NCBI RefSeq assembly: GCF_009834535.1
Contig: NC_045697.1
Location: 77,378,001 to 77,442,000, forward strand
Reading direction: 5' to 3'
From: Camelus ferus
Lineage: Eukaryota
Length of the DNA: 64,000 bases
The position numbers and the translations under genes were made by a program. Numbering within the stretch: the first letter of the stretch is position 1; each line of letters starts with the position of its first letter. Below, one piece after another: positions 1-12,114 of the stretch. The notes beneath the pieces are model-generated. The model was not told where the DNA came from, did not search any database, and saw only the letters and a program-made list of their open reading frames with translations.

Positions 1-599
1 GGACAAATCGACAGCATAGGACAGCCCACAATTGCGCGTACTTCAAATGATCCGGAAGAAACAAGCGACTCGAAAGAACGCAGACATTCTCTTCCACTGA
101 GTTCCGACGCGACCAGACCCACCTCCCGCCAGCGCGCGGCTCGAAACTCCTCAGAGCTTCGGGCGGAACAGCTGCAGGAGCTGGCAACCAACTGACGAGC
201 GCCGGGACCGCAGTGCAACCTGAGAAGCCAGAACGCACGGCCAATCCGCTCCTGCCAGGACCCCGCCGGGCTGCTGGGAGAGAGGCTGTCCCTGACGCCA
301 GCCATCTCCAAGGGCAACCCCGCGGCGGCACTTCCTGCAGCGCCCTAAGGTAAAGGACGCCGCTATTGTACGTCACTTCCTTACTCGCGGTAGGCAAGTA
401 GACGTAACTGTCTTACGTTAGCGGTTGAAATTAGATCTTATTGATACTCCTACAGCGCTGAACGTTGTTTCGGAAAAGTGACAGCGTTGCTGGTTCTGCC
501 GGTGGCCGGCTGGTTTTGTAACCCAGTTATTCGACTGTTTAGTCGGTCCCCCACCTCCTCACCCCCCGCTTTGTGCCGGTACGGTGGCCGAGGAGGCTC

Positions 600-663
600 T
601 CGTGCGGCGGAAGTACCGGGCGGGTGGGTGTGCGTACCCGGGACTGAGGTGCACGTGGCGCCG
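600..663 (+). other. GAR1: Probable non-coding exon 1 of GAR1 (5' boundary approximate)
   Basis: A strong donor CCG|GTGAGT lies at 663/664. The next acceptor TTTTTTTCACCAG| ends at 999, 12 nt before the ATG at 1012. The transcription start cannot be fixed from sequence alone. Confidence 0.55.
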
Positions 664-1011
664 GTGAGTGGCGGGAGAGGGCTGGGAGATTTGAGAATGC
701 TGGACACGGAACCCAGCGTAGGGCGGGAGGGAATGCGACCGAGGACCTTGCTGCCTGGTGGGGGAGGAGATACTAACCGGGGGCGACGCGGCTAGTGAGT
801 GCTTGGTCCGAGCTCACAGGGCTATGGGGAGGTGACACTCTTCGGGCTCGTCACTGGCGGCCTGGCCGTGGGTGAGGTGGCAGGGTTGCTATTATTATTA
901 TGTCCCCTTTTATGGTGTTCCGACCGAAGCTCAGAGGGGTTCGGCGCTGTACCCAGGAGGCCACAATGATCGAAAGGCACGCACTGTTTTTTTCACCAGG
1001 TAGGAGCGAGC

Positions 1012-1234
1012 ATGTCTTTCCGAGGCGGAGGTCGTGGAGGCTTTAATCGAGGTGGCGGCTTCGGTCGCGGCGGCAGCAACAACCACTTCCGAGGTGGAGG
1101 CGGCGGTAATTTCAGAGGCGGTGGCGGCGGTAATTTCAGAGGCGGCGGCGGCGGCAGAGGAGGATTTGGACGAGGGGGTGGCCGCGGAGGCTTTAACAAA
1201 GGCCAAGACCAAGGACCTCCAGAACAAGTAGTTT
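1012..1234 (+). CDS. GAR1: GAR1 (H/ACA RNP subunit 1) coding exon 1, N-terminal RGG domain
   Basis: Encodes MSFRGGGRGGFNRGG...GQDQGPPEQVV. The donor T|GTATGT at 1235 is phase 1. Confidence 0.97.
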
Positions 1235-2374
1235 GTATGTCGGTTTCAAAGCTTGGTCTACTTGGGGGGCGGAGGCGGGGGAGGTGGAGCGGGGTCGAGG
1301 AACCGAGGTTGTGAGTTTTTGTTTGACTGGAAGCCAGTTGCTGAAAGATAGGTCTAGCAGCTCTCTGTCATACGGAGGTTGCTGCTTGGTTGGGGAGTCA
1401 AGTCTACGGAGGGTCTGTAAACTGACTTATAATAGCTGTGCTGTAGTATGTAAGGGGCAGTTCAAGAAAGCTGAAAGACACTTAGAATGCATGGTGGAGA
1501 TTGAACTTTGATTGAAAGGAACACATTAAATAGATAATATGCGCTTACTCCTATTGTACCTATTTCGCAGATAAGAAAACTGTAATTGAGAATTAAGTTT
1601 CTTTGCTAGGATCAAGTGATAAGTGATCTTAAATGATATATTTGAGATACAAGTCATGTTTTCTGACTCCAAAGCCCATGCTTTCAATTGCAGTAAGAGA
1701 AATGAGGAAAAAATTTTGCTTGGAAGGGAAACTACAGCGGAAAAGTCAAGAAAAGGGCCTAATTAGAGCAGTTTTGGAATAATTATCAGTGAGGAAGGAT
1801 GAAAGTCATGGAAAGGTAGACAGATTTGACAGTAGAAGCCTACATCAAAGAGGAAAAAGGATGAACAGAGTCTAATGTAAAGAGTAGGTGGGATTGGTAT
1901 GCAAGATGCTTTAAAGAGGTTAGCGGCTAGAGTCAAAGATTCTAGCCTACAAGCCTAGCCTATAATAGTCCATGCGTGACACTTTGAGAGCATGGTGGAA
2001 ATGAGGAAAGAAAAGAAGTGTTAGATAGGAGAGATATTTAATGGAGACAAAGTCACTAGAACTTGGTTAATACTAAGAATAAAAGGGTCTAGATTTTGAG
2101 CTGGGGTGATAGGCATGGAGAGTTGGTTTTGTAGGAATAAGACGAGTATTTTTGTTTAGGTTAACCATAAGTTAGATATAAAGGTAGTATTTTGAGGTTC
2201 TAGACTTCCTTGGAAAAGACTGAAGTCATTGGTGAAGAGGTGGTGCTGGGAAGTTATGAAGCGGGGAAAAAAAGACAGGAGATCAACAGAGACTGACTTA
2301 GAGTTAGGGATGAAGAGATCGAAGAAGAGACAGTAGAATGAAGCATAGTTTAATCACATACTAATAGTTATTAT

Positions 2375-2600
2375 AATAAAATAACTTATTATAGGTTGAG
2401 TTCTCAATGTGCCAGGTACTTTCTAAGCACTTGACATTTATCATTGCATGTAATCCTCACAATACTAGATGTTAGGTGTCGGTACTGTTACTACCCCTAC
2501 ATTAAAGATGAGGACACTGAAGCAGAGGGAAGGCAAGAACCTTACCCTGGGTCACATAGCTAGTATGTTGTGGACCAATCCAGGAAGGCTTTTTTTGCCT
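2375..2600 (-). mobile_element. MIR SINE
   Basis: MIR-type core: TGTGCCAGGTACT...AATCCTCACAA...AGATGAGGACACTGAAGCAGAG...GGTCACATAGCTAGTA. Confidence 0.7.
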
Positions 2601-2716
2601 CAGAGGAGAACAGATACGATGAAATCGCAGGTAGCCAAGGAGAAAGCTTCCAGAAGAGGTTGGTCAGTATCACTTGAAATTGTTTTATATTGTAACATTT
2701 TCTTGTCCTCTTTCAG

Positions 2717-2871
2717 TATTGGGAGAGTTCCTGCACCCCTGTGAAGATGACATAGTTTGTAAATGTACCACAGATGAAAATAAGGTGCCTTATTTCAATG
2801 CTCCAGTTTATTTAGAAAATAAAGAACAGATTGGAAAAGTGGATGAAATATTTGGACAACTTAGAGATTTT
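2717..2871 (+). CDS. GAR1: GAR1 coding exon 2
   Basis: Acceptor TTTCAG at 2716. Encodes [17 protein letters not shown]...EIFGQLRDF. The donor is |GTATCCTTT. Confidence 0.97.
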
Positions 2872-3341
2872 GTATCCTTTTTAATTGGAAGATGTAGCCA
2901 TCTCATTGAAAGGTTATTATTTGCCTTTTCTGGAGCCATGTATTGATTAAATTAAAATTGTTTCTTCATTAAATTGGACAGAGTATTACTAACATTGGAC
3001 CATAAGGGAAAATCAAGAGAGGAGAATGTGTTTCCGCATATATTGAGAAGGTAGGCCTTATACGTGCGACTTCCTTTTTGGAAGGTTTTAGAAATGATTG
3101 CCATTTGGATAAGTGTCACAGGGTTGAGGTACTTTGCTTTGGATATGATGATGCCACTGTAATATGGTGGAATTGGAAGTTTTAAAACAAAAGTGAAAAC
3201 TTCATTCCTACTTGGAAACTCATTTCTTACTTTTTCTAAATACTTCCATATATTATAAACTTGCTGTTTTTAAAATTGCACATGAATTCAGAAGGTTATC
3301 GTCTTCAATCTTAATTGCTTATTCCTTAATAGAGTTAATAG
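2872..3341 (+). other. GAR1: U12-type (minor spliceosome) GT-AG intron of GAR1
   Basis: The 5' splice site GTATCCTTT is the U12 consensus. The branch-like TTCCTTAAT at 3322-3330 lies about 11 nt before AATAG| at 3341, with no polypyrimidine tract. The frame joins RDF|YFSVK correctly. Confidence 0.92.
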
Positions 3342-3401
3342 TATTTTTCAGTTAAATTGTCAGAAAACATGAAGGCATCTTCCTTTAAAAAACTACAGAA
3401 G
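3342..3401 (+). CDS. GAR1: GAR1 coding exon 3
   Basis: Encodes YFSVKLSENMKASSFKKLQK (60 nt). The donor is AAG|GTGAGT. Confidence 0.95.
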
Positions 3402-3884
3402 GTGAGTCAAGCCTTTGATACGTAGGATCCTTGGTTTTATAAGCAAAAGACCTAAGGTAGTTATTAGGACAGTTTTACATAGGGCACTTGTTACTCCCTC
3501 AGTATGTCACTAGTGAAGCTCTTAAACTGAGATGTTCTGTACTTTAGACATTGAACTTACCAATCTTTAAACAAATTTATCAAATTCAGTTTTTCAGAAA
3601 GTAATCCTTGGTCATATTAGCAAATTCTGTAACTGCTAGAGTATATTTTTTTAGCTTATATAAAACTCATTGGAAAGCTTGTGTTCTAAGTATAACTTAC
3701 ATTATGAAGCTTATATTATCTGGGAGAAGTCAGATATTAAATGATTTTACAGATACTTCAGTAACATAATATATGCTGTAAAGGAGAAATATAGGCTGCT
3801 ATGACAATTTTAGTAATGAGACAAAGTTTAGTGTATTGGCTTTCTGAGGATGTGAGCTTGAAGCTGAGACCTGCAAGTTGACTA

Positions 3885-4053
3885 CGAGTGACTCCCAAAC
3901 CTGGTTGCACAATACCTGGGGGAGCTTTTTAGAGGATGTATTTCTAGGATGTACTCCTAAACCCAGTGGGTCCTAGGGACAAGGATTCAGTTTTAAAAAG
4001 GAAAACTGGATGATTTTGATAAGTTTAGGCTAGCACTTGGGAACCACTGCACT
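3885..4053. mobile_element. MER5-like hAT-Charlie DNA transposon remnant
   Basis: Ends CTCCCAAACCTGGTTGCAC and TTGGGAACCACTGC resemble MER5 terminal repeats. Confidence 0.55.
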
Positions 4054-4059
4054 AGCCAA

Positions 4060-5030
4060 AGAGGAGGAGGAAGTGCATTATAAGTAGGCAAGTCTCAGAT
4101 AGTAAGCCACTTCAAGGATCTAAAATAGGCAGAGGTAGAGCTTGGACATAGAACATTTAGGAGGAGTGAGGAATGTTGTGAATTAATGGTTACAGAGGTA
4201 GGCAGGGGATAGATTATTAAGGCTTTCAGGTTATGAAAAGAATTTAGACTTTAATTTTGTTTTTAAATATAAGGATGTATATGGTTAAATTTATATTTAA
4301 AAGAGGGCACTGAAAAAATAAAAGAGCACCTGGAAAGAAATCAGAACTCTATGTGAAGGGACCACATCGGAGACTGCTGCTTTAGTCCTGGAAGAAATAT
4401 TTTAGACTAGGGTAGTAACAGTGGAAATGGAGAAAAAGTTGTTGGATTTATGAGAGATACAGAAAGTAGAATTGATAGGTCTTGGTAATTGATTAGCTAT
4501 TGAAGTTGAAGTAAAAAGTATCACCATCTTTTCAGATGTCTGATTTCAACATCTTGTGGATGGTATCACACACAGTTCACTAAAATGGGCAACAGTAGAG
4601 AAGAAAGAAATTAGGGGAAGATAATGAATTTAGTTTCGGGCATAATGAGTTTGAAGCATTTGTGAGATATTCAGTGGTTAGGAACTCAAAGGAAGAGTCT
4701 GGATTAGAGATGGATTTGGGAAGTTGTCATTGGATAGACAGTGTATGATATAGTCTAGGAAGAGAGAGAGAGAGGAACAGAGCTTTGGGGCACCTTTAAA
4801 TTTATTTATATCTGTTAATGGAGACTGAGCAGTAATTGCCAGTAAAGGAGGAGGCCAACAGGGAGAGTTTCATAAAAGTGATGTCACCAAAGTAAAGCGA
4901 ACAAAATGTCTCCAAGAAGTGCTCAAGTGGCAAAATGCAAAGTATTTATTGGATTTAACAACTTGGAGGTCAACAGATCATGGAGCCAATGGAGTGGTAG
5001 GCTCATAAGCCAGGTTGGAATAGTAGATGA
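4060..5030 (-). mobile_element. L2 LINE remnants
   Basis: Purine-rich, L2-type motifs such as GAATTTAGACTTTAAT, GATAATGAATTTAGTTTCGGGCAT..TGAGTTTGAAG and TTGGATTTAACAACTTGGAGGTCA. Confidence 0.6.
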
Positions 5031-5347
5031 GATGGGGACAGTGCCTGGTTGCTAGTGTATGGCTACTGGCTGTAGAAACCCTGAGAAGTACCCACTGGGA
5101 AACTGCACTGCTGCAGGTGGTCCCGAGAGCCAGGCTTCTCATTTGGTGACCTGAGAAAAGGATTTGTCTGTAATAGCCACTTGAATTTGATCTGGATGCC
5201 TGCCTTTTCTCACATCACTATTTGAGCATTTGTTATTTAGTGTTTTTTATCGTAGATGCGAAATTGTACATTCTTCCTTTCTTATTTTAAGATCTACTGT
5301 TCATTCCCTCCTTATCAGCCTAGGTTATTATTTTAGTCTCTAGACTG

Positions 5348-5531
5348 ATGCTGTCCAGTTGAATTTTCTTAATGGTGGAAATCCCTGCCCAATGCAGTAG
5401 CCACTAGCCATTTGTAGCTGTTGGGTACCCGAAATGTGGCTAGTGTGACTCAGAAACTGAACTTTAAGTGTTGGTTAATTTAAGTTTAAATAGGCACTTG
5501 TGGCTAGTGGCTGCCATATTGGACAGTGCAG
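5348..5531. mobile_element. MER3-like hAT-Charlie DNA transposon
   Basis: Inverted ends GCTGTCCA...TGGACAGTG, internal GTAGCCACTAGCCA/TGTGGCTAGTGGCT palindromic arms, and CTAGAC on both flanks. Confidence 0.75.
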
Positions 5532-5974
5532 AACTAGACAGTGTTTTTGAGGGATGTATTTGTGAAGGGCAAAAGAGTGTAGGGTGATACTAAAGAGGGA
5601 TTTAAACATCTTATTACAAGTAATACATTACAGATTTGAAGCATGTGTGTTTTGTGTAAAATTGTGTAATACACCTATTATATTTCATTATCTTGAAGAA
5701 TATCCTCTTTAACCCCAAATACGGAGGAGGGAGGTTAATTTTTACATATCTTCCATTACTTTGTTCAGTAAATAGTTACTGATTTGATCTTTTATTAAAG
5801 TCTTGAAATACCCAGCATGTCAGTGCTTCATTTTGAATTTTAATGCTACATTTTTAGTAATTTCATTTTTCTTGTGGCAGTTCTGTTAGTGATAATGTGG
5901 TTAATTTTTGGAGGGCATTATCTATTTTTAAAGAGAAATGAGATTGAATTGGTCTTGGTTTTTATTTTTATTCA

Positions 5975-6200
5975 TGTAATGTTTACTGTATGCTGAGTTT
6001 AAGTGCTTTATTTTTATACATTACTCTTGATCCTCACAAGGATTATGTGAAGTAGGCTCCTTATTATCTTCATCTAACAGATCAGAAAACTGAGGCACAA
6101 AGAAATTAAATCCTTGCCTAGGGTTTCACAGTAGTAAGTAGTAGGGTTGGGATTTGAACCCAGGCTGTTGAGTCTAGCATGTAGGTTCTTGATAATTGTA
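5975..6200 (-). mobile_element. MIR SINE
   Basis: ACAGATCAGAAAACTGAGGCACAAAGAAATTAA...GGGATTTGAACCCAGGCTG. Confidence 0.75.
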
Positions 6201-6251
6201 CTGTACCACCCCCCCAACTCATCATGCTTATTGTTTCTATTATACTTCCAG

Positions 6252-6390
6252 TTTTATATAGACCCATATAAGCTGCTACCATTGCAGAGGTTTTTACCTC
6301 GACCTCCAGGTGAGAAAGGACCTCCAAGAGGCGGTGGCAGGGGTGGTCGAGGAGGAGGAAGAGGCGGAGGTGGCCGAGGTGGTAGAGGTG
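6252..6390 (+). CDS. GAR1: GAR1 coding exon 4
   Basis: Acceptor TTCCAG at 6251. Encodes [32 protein letters not shown]... The donor is GTG|GTAAGT. Confidence 0.97.
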
Positions 6391-7999
6391 GTAAGTTACC
6401 TATGGGGGAAAATTTCTAATGACATTTAATAAGTCTCAGCCAGCTTATGTAGTACAATTTAATCCTGTATATAGGCAAACTTCCTTTATGTTTAATTTTT
6501 TAGTGAAGCTGTTTTCAAATCTTGGTTGATTGCCGCAGTAATGATACCTAGTTTCAGTAACTTACTGAAAAAGAAAAAAGGTATTATTTTGAGGGATTTC
6601 ATCTCTCTGGGTTATTAATGTTCTGATGAGCATTTTATAAAGTCCAGGATTATCTTAACTGAATTTTAGTTTTTTAGAACATCATTGAGTGGTGATTATA
6701 TATCAGGAGCTGGTCATTTATTCTTTTAACATCCAAGTATATTCTTTTAATATTTAGCAAAACCTTGTGAGGTTAGGTGATATCTTTATTATTTGTCCTA
6801 ATCAGATAATTGGCAGCTCAGAAAAAAACCTCATATCTTATGATGTCATGTCAGAGACTACTACCAATAAATTCACTGCTTTGATTGCAGTATTTATATA
6901 TATATATATATACACATATACATATATATTTCACCAGAGTTTGGGTATTTTCATCATTATGGGCAGCTGGATGATGAGCAGGGTGGGGGATGAGGGTGGG
7001 TGCAGCATTGGGTGTGCTTAGATCTGTGACTTGTGTGGTGGGTGAGTGACAGGATGATGGGCAGAGCCAAAGTGGTGAAGAAGAGGGGCTGCAAATTAGG
7101 GTTGGACAACTTCTGATACTGGATCAGGCGGGAGAGAATTCTGCTTTCACTTTTGCCTCTCAGCTGTCATTTCATTCCACAAATGTACCTTTTTGGGTCT
7201 GGATAGCTTGGAGGAAATCTCTTAAGAGACATGAACATATTTCTTTCTTAAATATTTTTGAGGAGTATCCCTTTGAGAATTTGATGAATGGAGATCCCCT
7301 CATTCCCATTCTGAATTCAGACTCATGTATACCATTTAAAAAATTTTCACAAGTCTATCAGTCTGTTTTCTTAAAACCTTTTTTTTATATCAGTAATTTG
7401 GGAGTATGTTTGTTTCCTCATTTTATAATTTCTTTTTGTATTTTATCATTCTTTACAAAGTTAGCTTCCAAAATAAAAATAGAGACTGCAATAGGAAGCC
7501 AACTGTGTTGGATGATAGAAAAATGCTTTAAAAACTTAATTTCAAGGCTCATCAGCATGTGAGCATCAGTGATGGTCTGTATGCAGCTCAATTAACCTTA
7601 AACATTATATTTATGGTAGTATCCCCAGAGCCAAACCACTCATATCTGCTACTTTTTGTTCTTTTGTTCTTAAGATAAAAAGTCTTTTCAATAAAAAAAA
7701 AGTATGTACCAGAAGCAAAAGTTGAGGTACTCATATATTTAACGATAGGACTAAATTGAACTTCAAAGTAACAAGCATTTCTAACTTATTAAAACAGAAA
7801 ACTTGTTTAAAAAATTGTGACCTAGGGTTTTAACCTGCTGCTGTATTGGGAAATTACTATAAAAAATAAAACTATCTTTTAAAAAACTCTGCAAGATAAA
7901 ATATGTGAGTCTCTATTTATAATTGTAAGAATTGTATTGATGGGCTTATTAGATTATGGTAGATTACTGTTATTTAATTAATGTTTCCTTTGTTTTTAG

Positions 8000-8068
8000 G
8001 TGGTTTTAGAGGAGGAAGAGGTGGAGGTGGAGGTTTCAGAGGAGGAAGAGGGGGTGGTGGTTTCAGAG
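8000..8068 (+). CDS. GAR1: GAR1 coding exon 5, C-terminal RGG repeats
   Basis: Acceptor TTTTTAG at 7999. Encodes GGFRGGRGGGGGFRGGRGGGGFR (69 nt, phase 1-1). The donor is GAG|GTGAGT. Confidence 0.95.
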
Positions 8069-8433
8069 GTGAGTGAGAAAAATAATCATAAAATGACCGA
8101 CTTTCTAGAAATGGTATTGCCTACCATTTTTAATTTTTATTTCCGTTTGCCAGCAAGTATATAGAACACCATGGTGTTCTTTGCATAGCATAATGTATAC
8201 CTTCATTTTATATCACTTTTCCCTTTGAATTTTTTTACCCACTTCTAATTTATTTTGCTGTATATTTAATTTGAAAAGCAAAAAAGTGTAATATAAGTGA
8301 CAGTTAAATTTGGTAAAGTAAGTTGGGTAATAAACCTTACAAGAACTAATGCTGATTTTAAACTTTTTTGGGTAATAGTGTTATTAAAAATTTATTTTTC
8401 TGTACCCTTAATATTTCATTTTCTCTTAATCAG

Positions 8434-8447
8434 GAAGAGGACATTAA
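8434..8447 (+). CDS. GAR1: GAR1 last coding exon (GRGH-stop)
   Basis: Acceptor TAATCAG at 8433, then GA AGA GGA CAT TAA. The total CDS is 660 nt (219 aa) and ends in the known FRGRGH. Confidence 0.93.
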
Positions 8448-8680
8448 GTGTAACAGTTGACAGAGACTTCACCAGTTGACTTCTGCCTCCATGATATACT
8501 TCTGTGGGTCAGAAACTTGTTTCTTGGGCCAGTCCTGAAGAACCGATCGCTTTATGATAAGGGAACTCAGATGTCAACATCATGCAAAAATGAGCGCGGC
8601 AGAACAGGCAATTTTGCTCTAAAAGAGTATGAATAAGTGTTTTAATGTTTTGTACAATGTTTGGAACTGTGTGGGTGTTT

Positions 8681-8729
8681 AATAAAGGGACCGCTTTCAT
8701 TTGAAGCATATTTGAATTTTTAAAATAAA
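8681..8729 (+). terminator. GAR1 polyadenylation signals
   Basis: AATAAA at 8681-8686 and 8724-8729, about 240-280 nt after the stop, followed by GT/T-rich sequence. Confidence 0.7.
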
Positions 8730-11700
8730 GTATCTTATTCCTTTAAGTTATTTAAAGCTGTGTTTATTACACCAGAGCTATTTTTGAGGTTAAAAGGAAC
8801 AACCCAGTAGACTTAAGATAGAAAAGATGATTTGTTTACATATATAACTGATCTTTTTAAAAAAATAGGCTGGTGGAGCAGTACTTCCAACATTATTTAT
8901 AAATTAACACTCCCTTTCAAAATGTTTGCCTTTTTCATATGAGAACATCAGTACCCTTTATTGTATTTTCCCTTTTGTGTGTTAGTACATAAATCAAAGT
9001 TAGTAAAGCAGCTTCTCTAATAACAATTAATAATTGATTAGAAAATTTCAGTATTGAGTATGAATCTATTAAAGTTGGAACAGCTCTATTCAAGTTGAGA
9101 ACTAAAAGTCCAAGACATTTCTGAAGAAATGTTTAATTTCTCTCATTTAACATAGTTGGAATGTTGAAAGCTTTAATGAATGTTTTTATTTTACCTTTTC
9201 TAAGGGACTCGGGTTTAAGATGTTATTCACCGTAAATAAATATTTGATTCCCTGCTGCATGTTCAGATTCCTGGGTAGGGACGTAGCAAATGAAATTGGT
9301 TTGGTCCTCATTGCTAATGTAGTTTCAAGATGTAGCCATGAAAGCAAGTTAGAATACTGTGATATAGGGTAATTTTCCCTGCCATTGAATTTCCCCCCTT
9401 CATGTGTTCATTCTCAGAAAGAATGACGTTGCCATATCTTTTCTTAAATTTTCTAGCATGCTATACCTAATACTTGGTTAACCCTTGATGCTTGTTTGAG
9501 TAGCATATAGTATTGCCTAAGTCAGTATTTGGAGTTTTACTTACCCTTTTCGATTAATGGAATTGCAGCAGGATTAATAAATATGTAAGCCATAAAGTAT
9601 ATATAATGAACAAATGTTGAAAATTATTTTTTCACAGGAAAAAGTGTGCTTTTACAGCTTGGGAAAGGAGGCTGATTTAGAATCCTTGGGTTGAAATTTT
9701 CAGTGAGAGTTAGGGTCAGAGTTTTTACTCTTGGATTGCAAAAGACATAGCACTAGAGTGGCAATGGTATTGTCCCAAGGACAAATAATAGTATCATGTT
9801 CCAATGCTTTTTTTTTTTAAACATTTAAAAAAAGTGTAAAATGGCTATGATGGAAATAATATACAGGTTGGTAGACAAACCACTTGAGATTTTACTTTTT
9901 ACTTTAGGTATATGTTTTAGTCATTAGCCATCTTTAAACTTTTATTTCCACATCTTACTTTTCCCTTTTCTTCCTTATAGTGGTTCTTTCTGGGTTTCCT
10001 TTGGGGCATTTGATTTTGAATCAAGTTCATATGCTTAGGGAGCCTAAATAACATTAATGCATTTGTACTGTGGTATCACTAAGTTCCATTGTAAAAGACA
10101 TTTTGATGATTATTCACATATTAAATCTTTTGAGTGGTTAACTTTCTGAATGCTTGCATCATGCCAAAATAAAATGCACTTGTTGCCATAGCGTTAAAAA
10201 AGTTTAGTGGAATACAACAAGCAATATTTCCTAATATTCCTGAAAATTTGGGAAGAGCTATGAAAGGAGGATTGACTTTAGGCCAGTTGAAGTTTATGAA
10301 ATTAAAAGAATCATGAGCTGTGTAAACATGATAAGCTTATAGTTGTGTTTCTTAGTGCTCTAAGCCTCATCCCAGTATCGCTTTTCTGTATCACTCATGA
10401 AGGAAGCATAAAAAAGTACTTTGCACCTACCACATTCATAATCTGTGAAATTTTTTATCTACAGCAAAAAGCTGTCCATCTTTGGAATTATTTTTCTTCA
10501 TTTCTTATGAATAGAAATAATTATTTCTGGAAAACTTTAAGTGGGTGCTACAACTAGGCATAATCTGTCACAGAAAAGGAAGCGGCTATGATCCAGAGCA
10601 AACTCAAAACATTTTTGTTTTATTCTGCATAGTGAATGCAAAAAAAAAAAAGAGAGAGACTTAAAACCCAGTTTTTAAAAGGGAGAGTTCCTCTTAGATT
10701 ATGTTTATTGCTTTAGGGTCATATGCAAGTATTTTGATATTGGAATTCTAGTGAGATTCACTTTCTTAGTATAGATGCTCTTCAGAATTACTTTACATTT
10801 ATAAAAATGTGAATACTAGTAGCTATAAGATCTGGGACAGATCAACCAACCTGGTTCAGCTTCTTCAGTGTATACAAGTATATAGCTGAGAGAACTGAGG
10901 CAAAAAGATTATCCTGCTATGCCATTCTAAAATGTATAATATTAAATTAAGTGGGTAAATATAGCCCTCTAGTGGTTCTGTGATGTGCTTACACTGTTAA
11001 CTGTGGCACATCTAGCATTTCTCTAAATTACTGATTTTTAAGAAATTCCCTATTGAAAAGGATCAGATTTCTTTAATATTACATGACATAACGAACATGA
11101 AGGGAAAAGGTGGTAGAGATTCTAACAATAAATGTCCATGCCAGATTGTCACTCACCTAACCCACTTTTTGAATTATAACAAGATAATCCAGAATATTAG
11201 AATTGCCCTGTACCTAGCAAGGTGGATGACTGAATCTAGATACTTCAATAGGTATATGCTGTGATTATTACCAGAAAATTATGCATATCAAAGTGTAAGA
11301 TAAATTAACTGAGGTGGATTGTGAAATAGATCATGCTGTATCCATGCTTTGAAATATATAGCTATTACTTAGATTTAGGTTTATTGACCTGGAATTTATG
11401 GTTTGGCTTTAGGGTAGAACAAATTACAGAATGATTTTATGTATACATATCTCCTCATTTTTTAAAAGAATAGAAGTGAAAAGAAAGTAGAGGAAACCTC
11501 TGTTATATGAATATATGTTGTATAAGCAAAGAAAAGCAGAAAGAATGTACACCAGACAATATTATAGCCTTTAGGGAAGTGAGATTTGGAAGGATGGGGG
11601 CGATTAACTTCTTTACTTATCTCTAAATTGTTACTGGGAAAAAACAGAAGGAACCGAAATAGAAAACTTGAAAGGGTCAACAGAAAACAGGGACCTTAAT

Positions 11701-12114
11701 CTGAATAGTTTTGGAGGGCTAAGGCTGGCTTTTAATATCAGAACTGATTTCCAGTAGAAATCAGTTAAATGAGGTCCTGCACTGATTTTCTGAGTTTGTT
11801 TATTGTTTAAATGGGATGTGTGCACTTGAAAAGCTCCTTAGATATAAGGCTGATTCCCAAACTAGTTAAAATATGTGGTGCTTGGTATTTCTCTTCATTT
11901 TGCTAATAAGCTTTTCCCTTGTCCTGGGAATTAAAATCCTTTCCTCTTTAGCCCAATTAAATTTGTTACAGGAGGGCCTCTATTAAAAGGCCCTTCTTTG
12001 AGGTCTTTAAGTGGAAATGATTGGTTCTGAAAATTCTTCCCTCAGTGGCTTTTAAAACATTTCATAGATACTGAAGGCTCATTATGAAGGCTCTCTCAAT
12101 ATCTCCCCTCCGAA

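Larger units (their letters stand above)
1..1320. promoter_or_regulatory. CpG-island promoter of GAR1, probably bidirectional
   Basis: GC- and CpG-rich compared with the AT-rich remainder. It contains CCAAT 241-245, ETS cores CACTTCC 329-335 and 374-380 (overlapping a CRE half-site, CGTCACTTCC 371-380), CGGAAGT 608-614 and the E-box CACGTG 652-657. Confidence 0.85.

Noticed and set aside
450..1231. Overlapping ORFs 450..707, 478..795, 931..1227, 993..1199 and 1034..1231
   Set aside because: These are stop-poor shadows of the GC-rich CpG island and the glycine-codon repeats, with no recognisable protein family.
1235..8433. Intronic snoRNA in GAR1
   Set aside because: C-box-like ATGATGA words (about 3146 and 6971) lack a convincing terminal stem and D-box geometry, and I recognised no H/ACA double hairpin. 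An Infernal/Rfam scan would be decisive.
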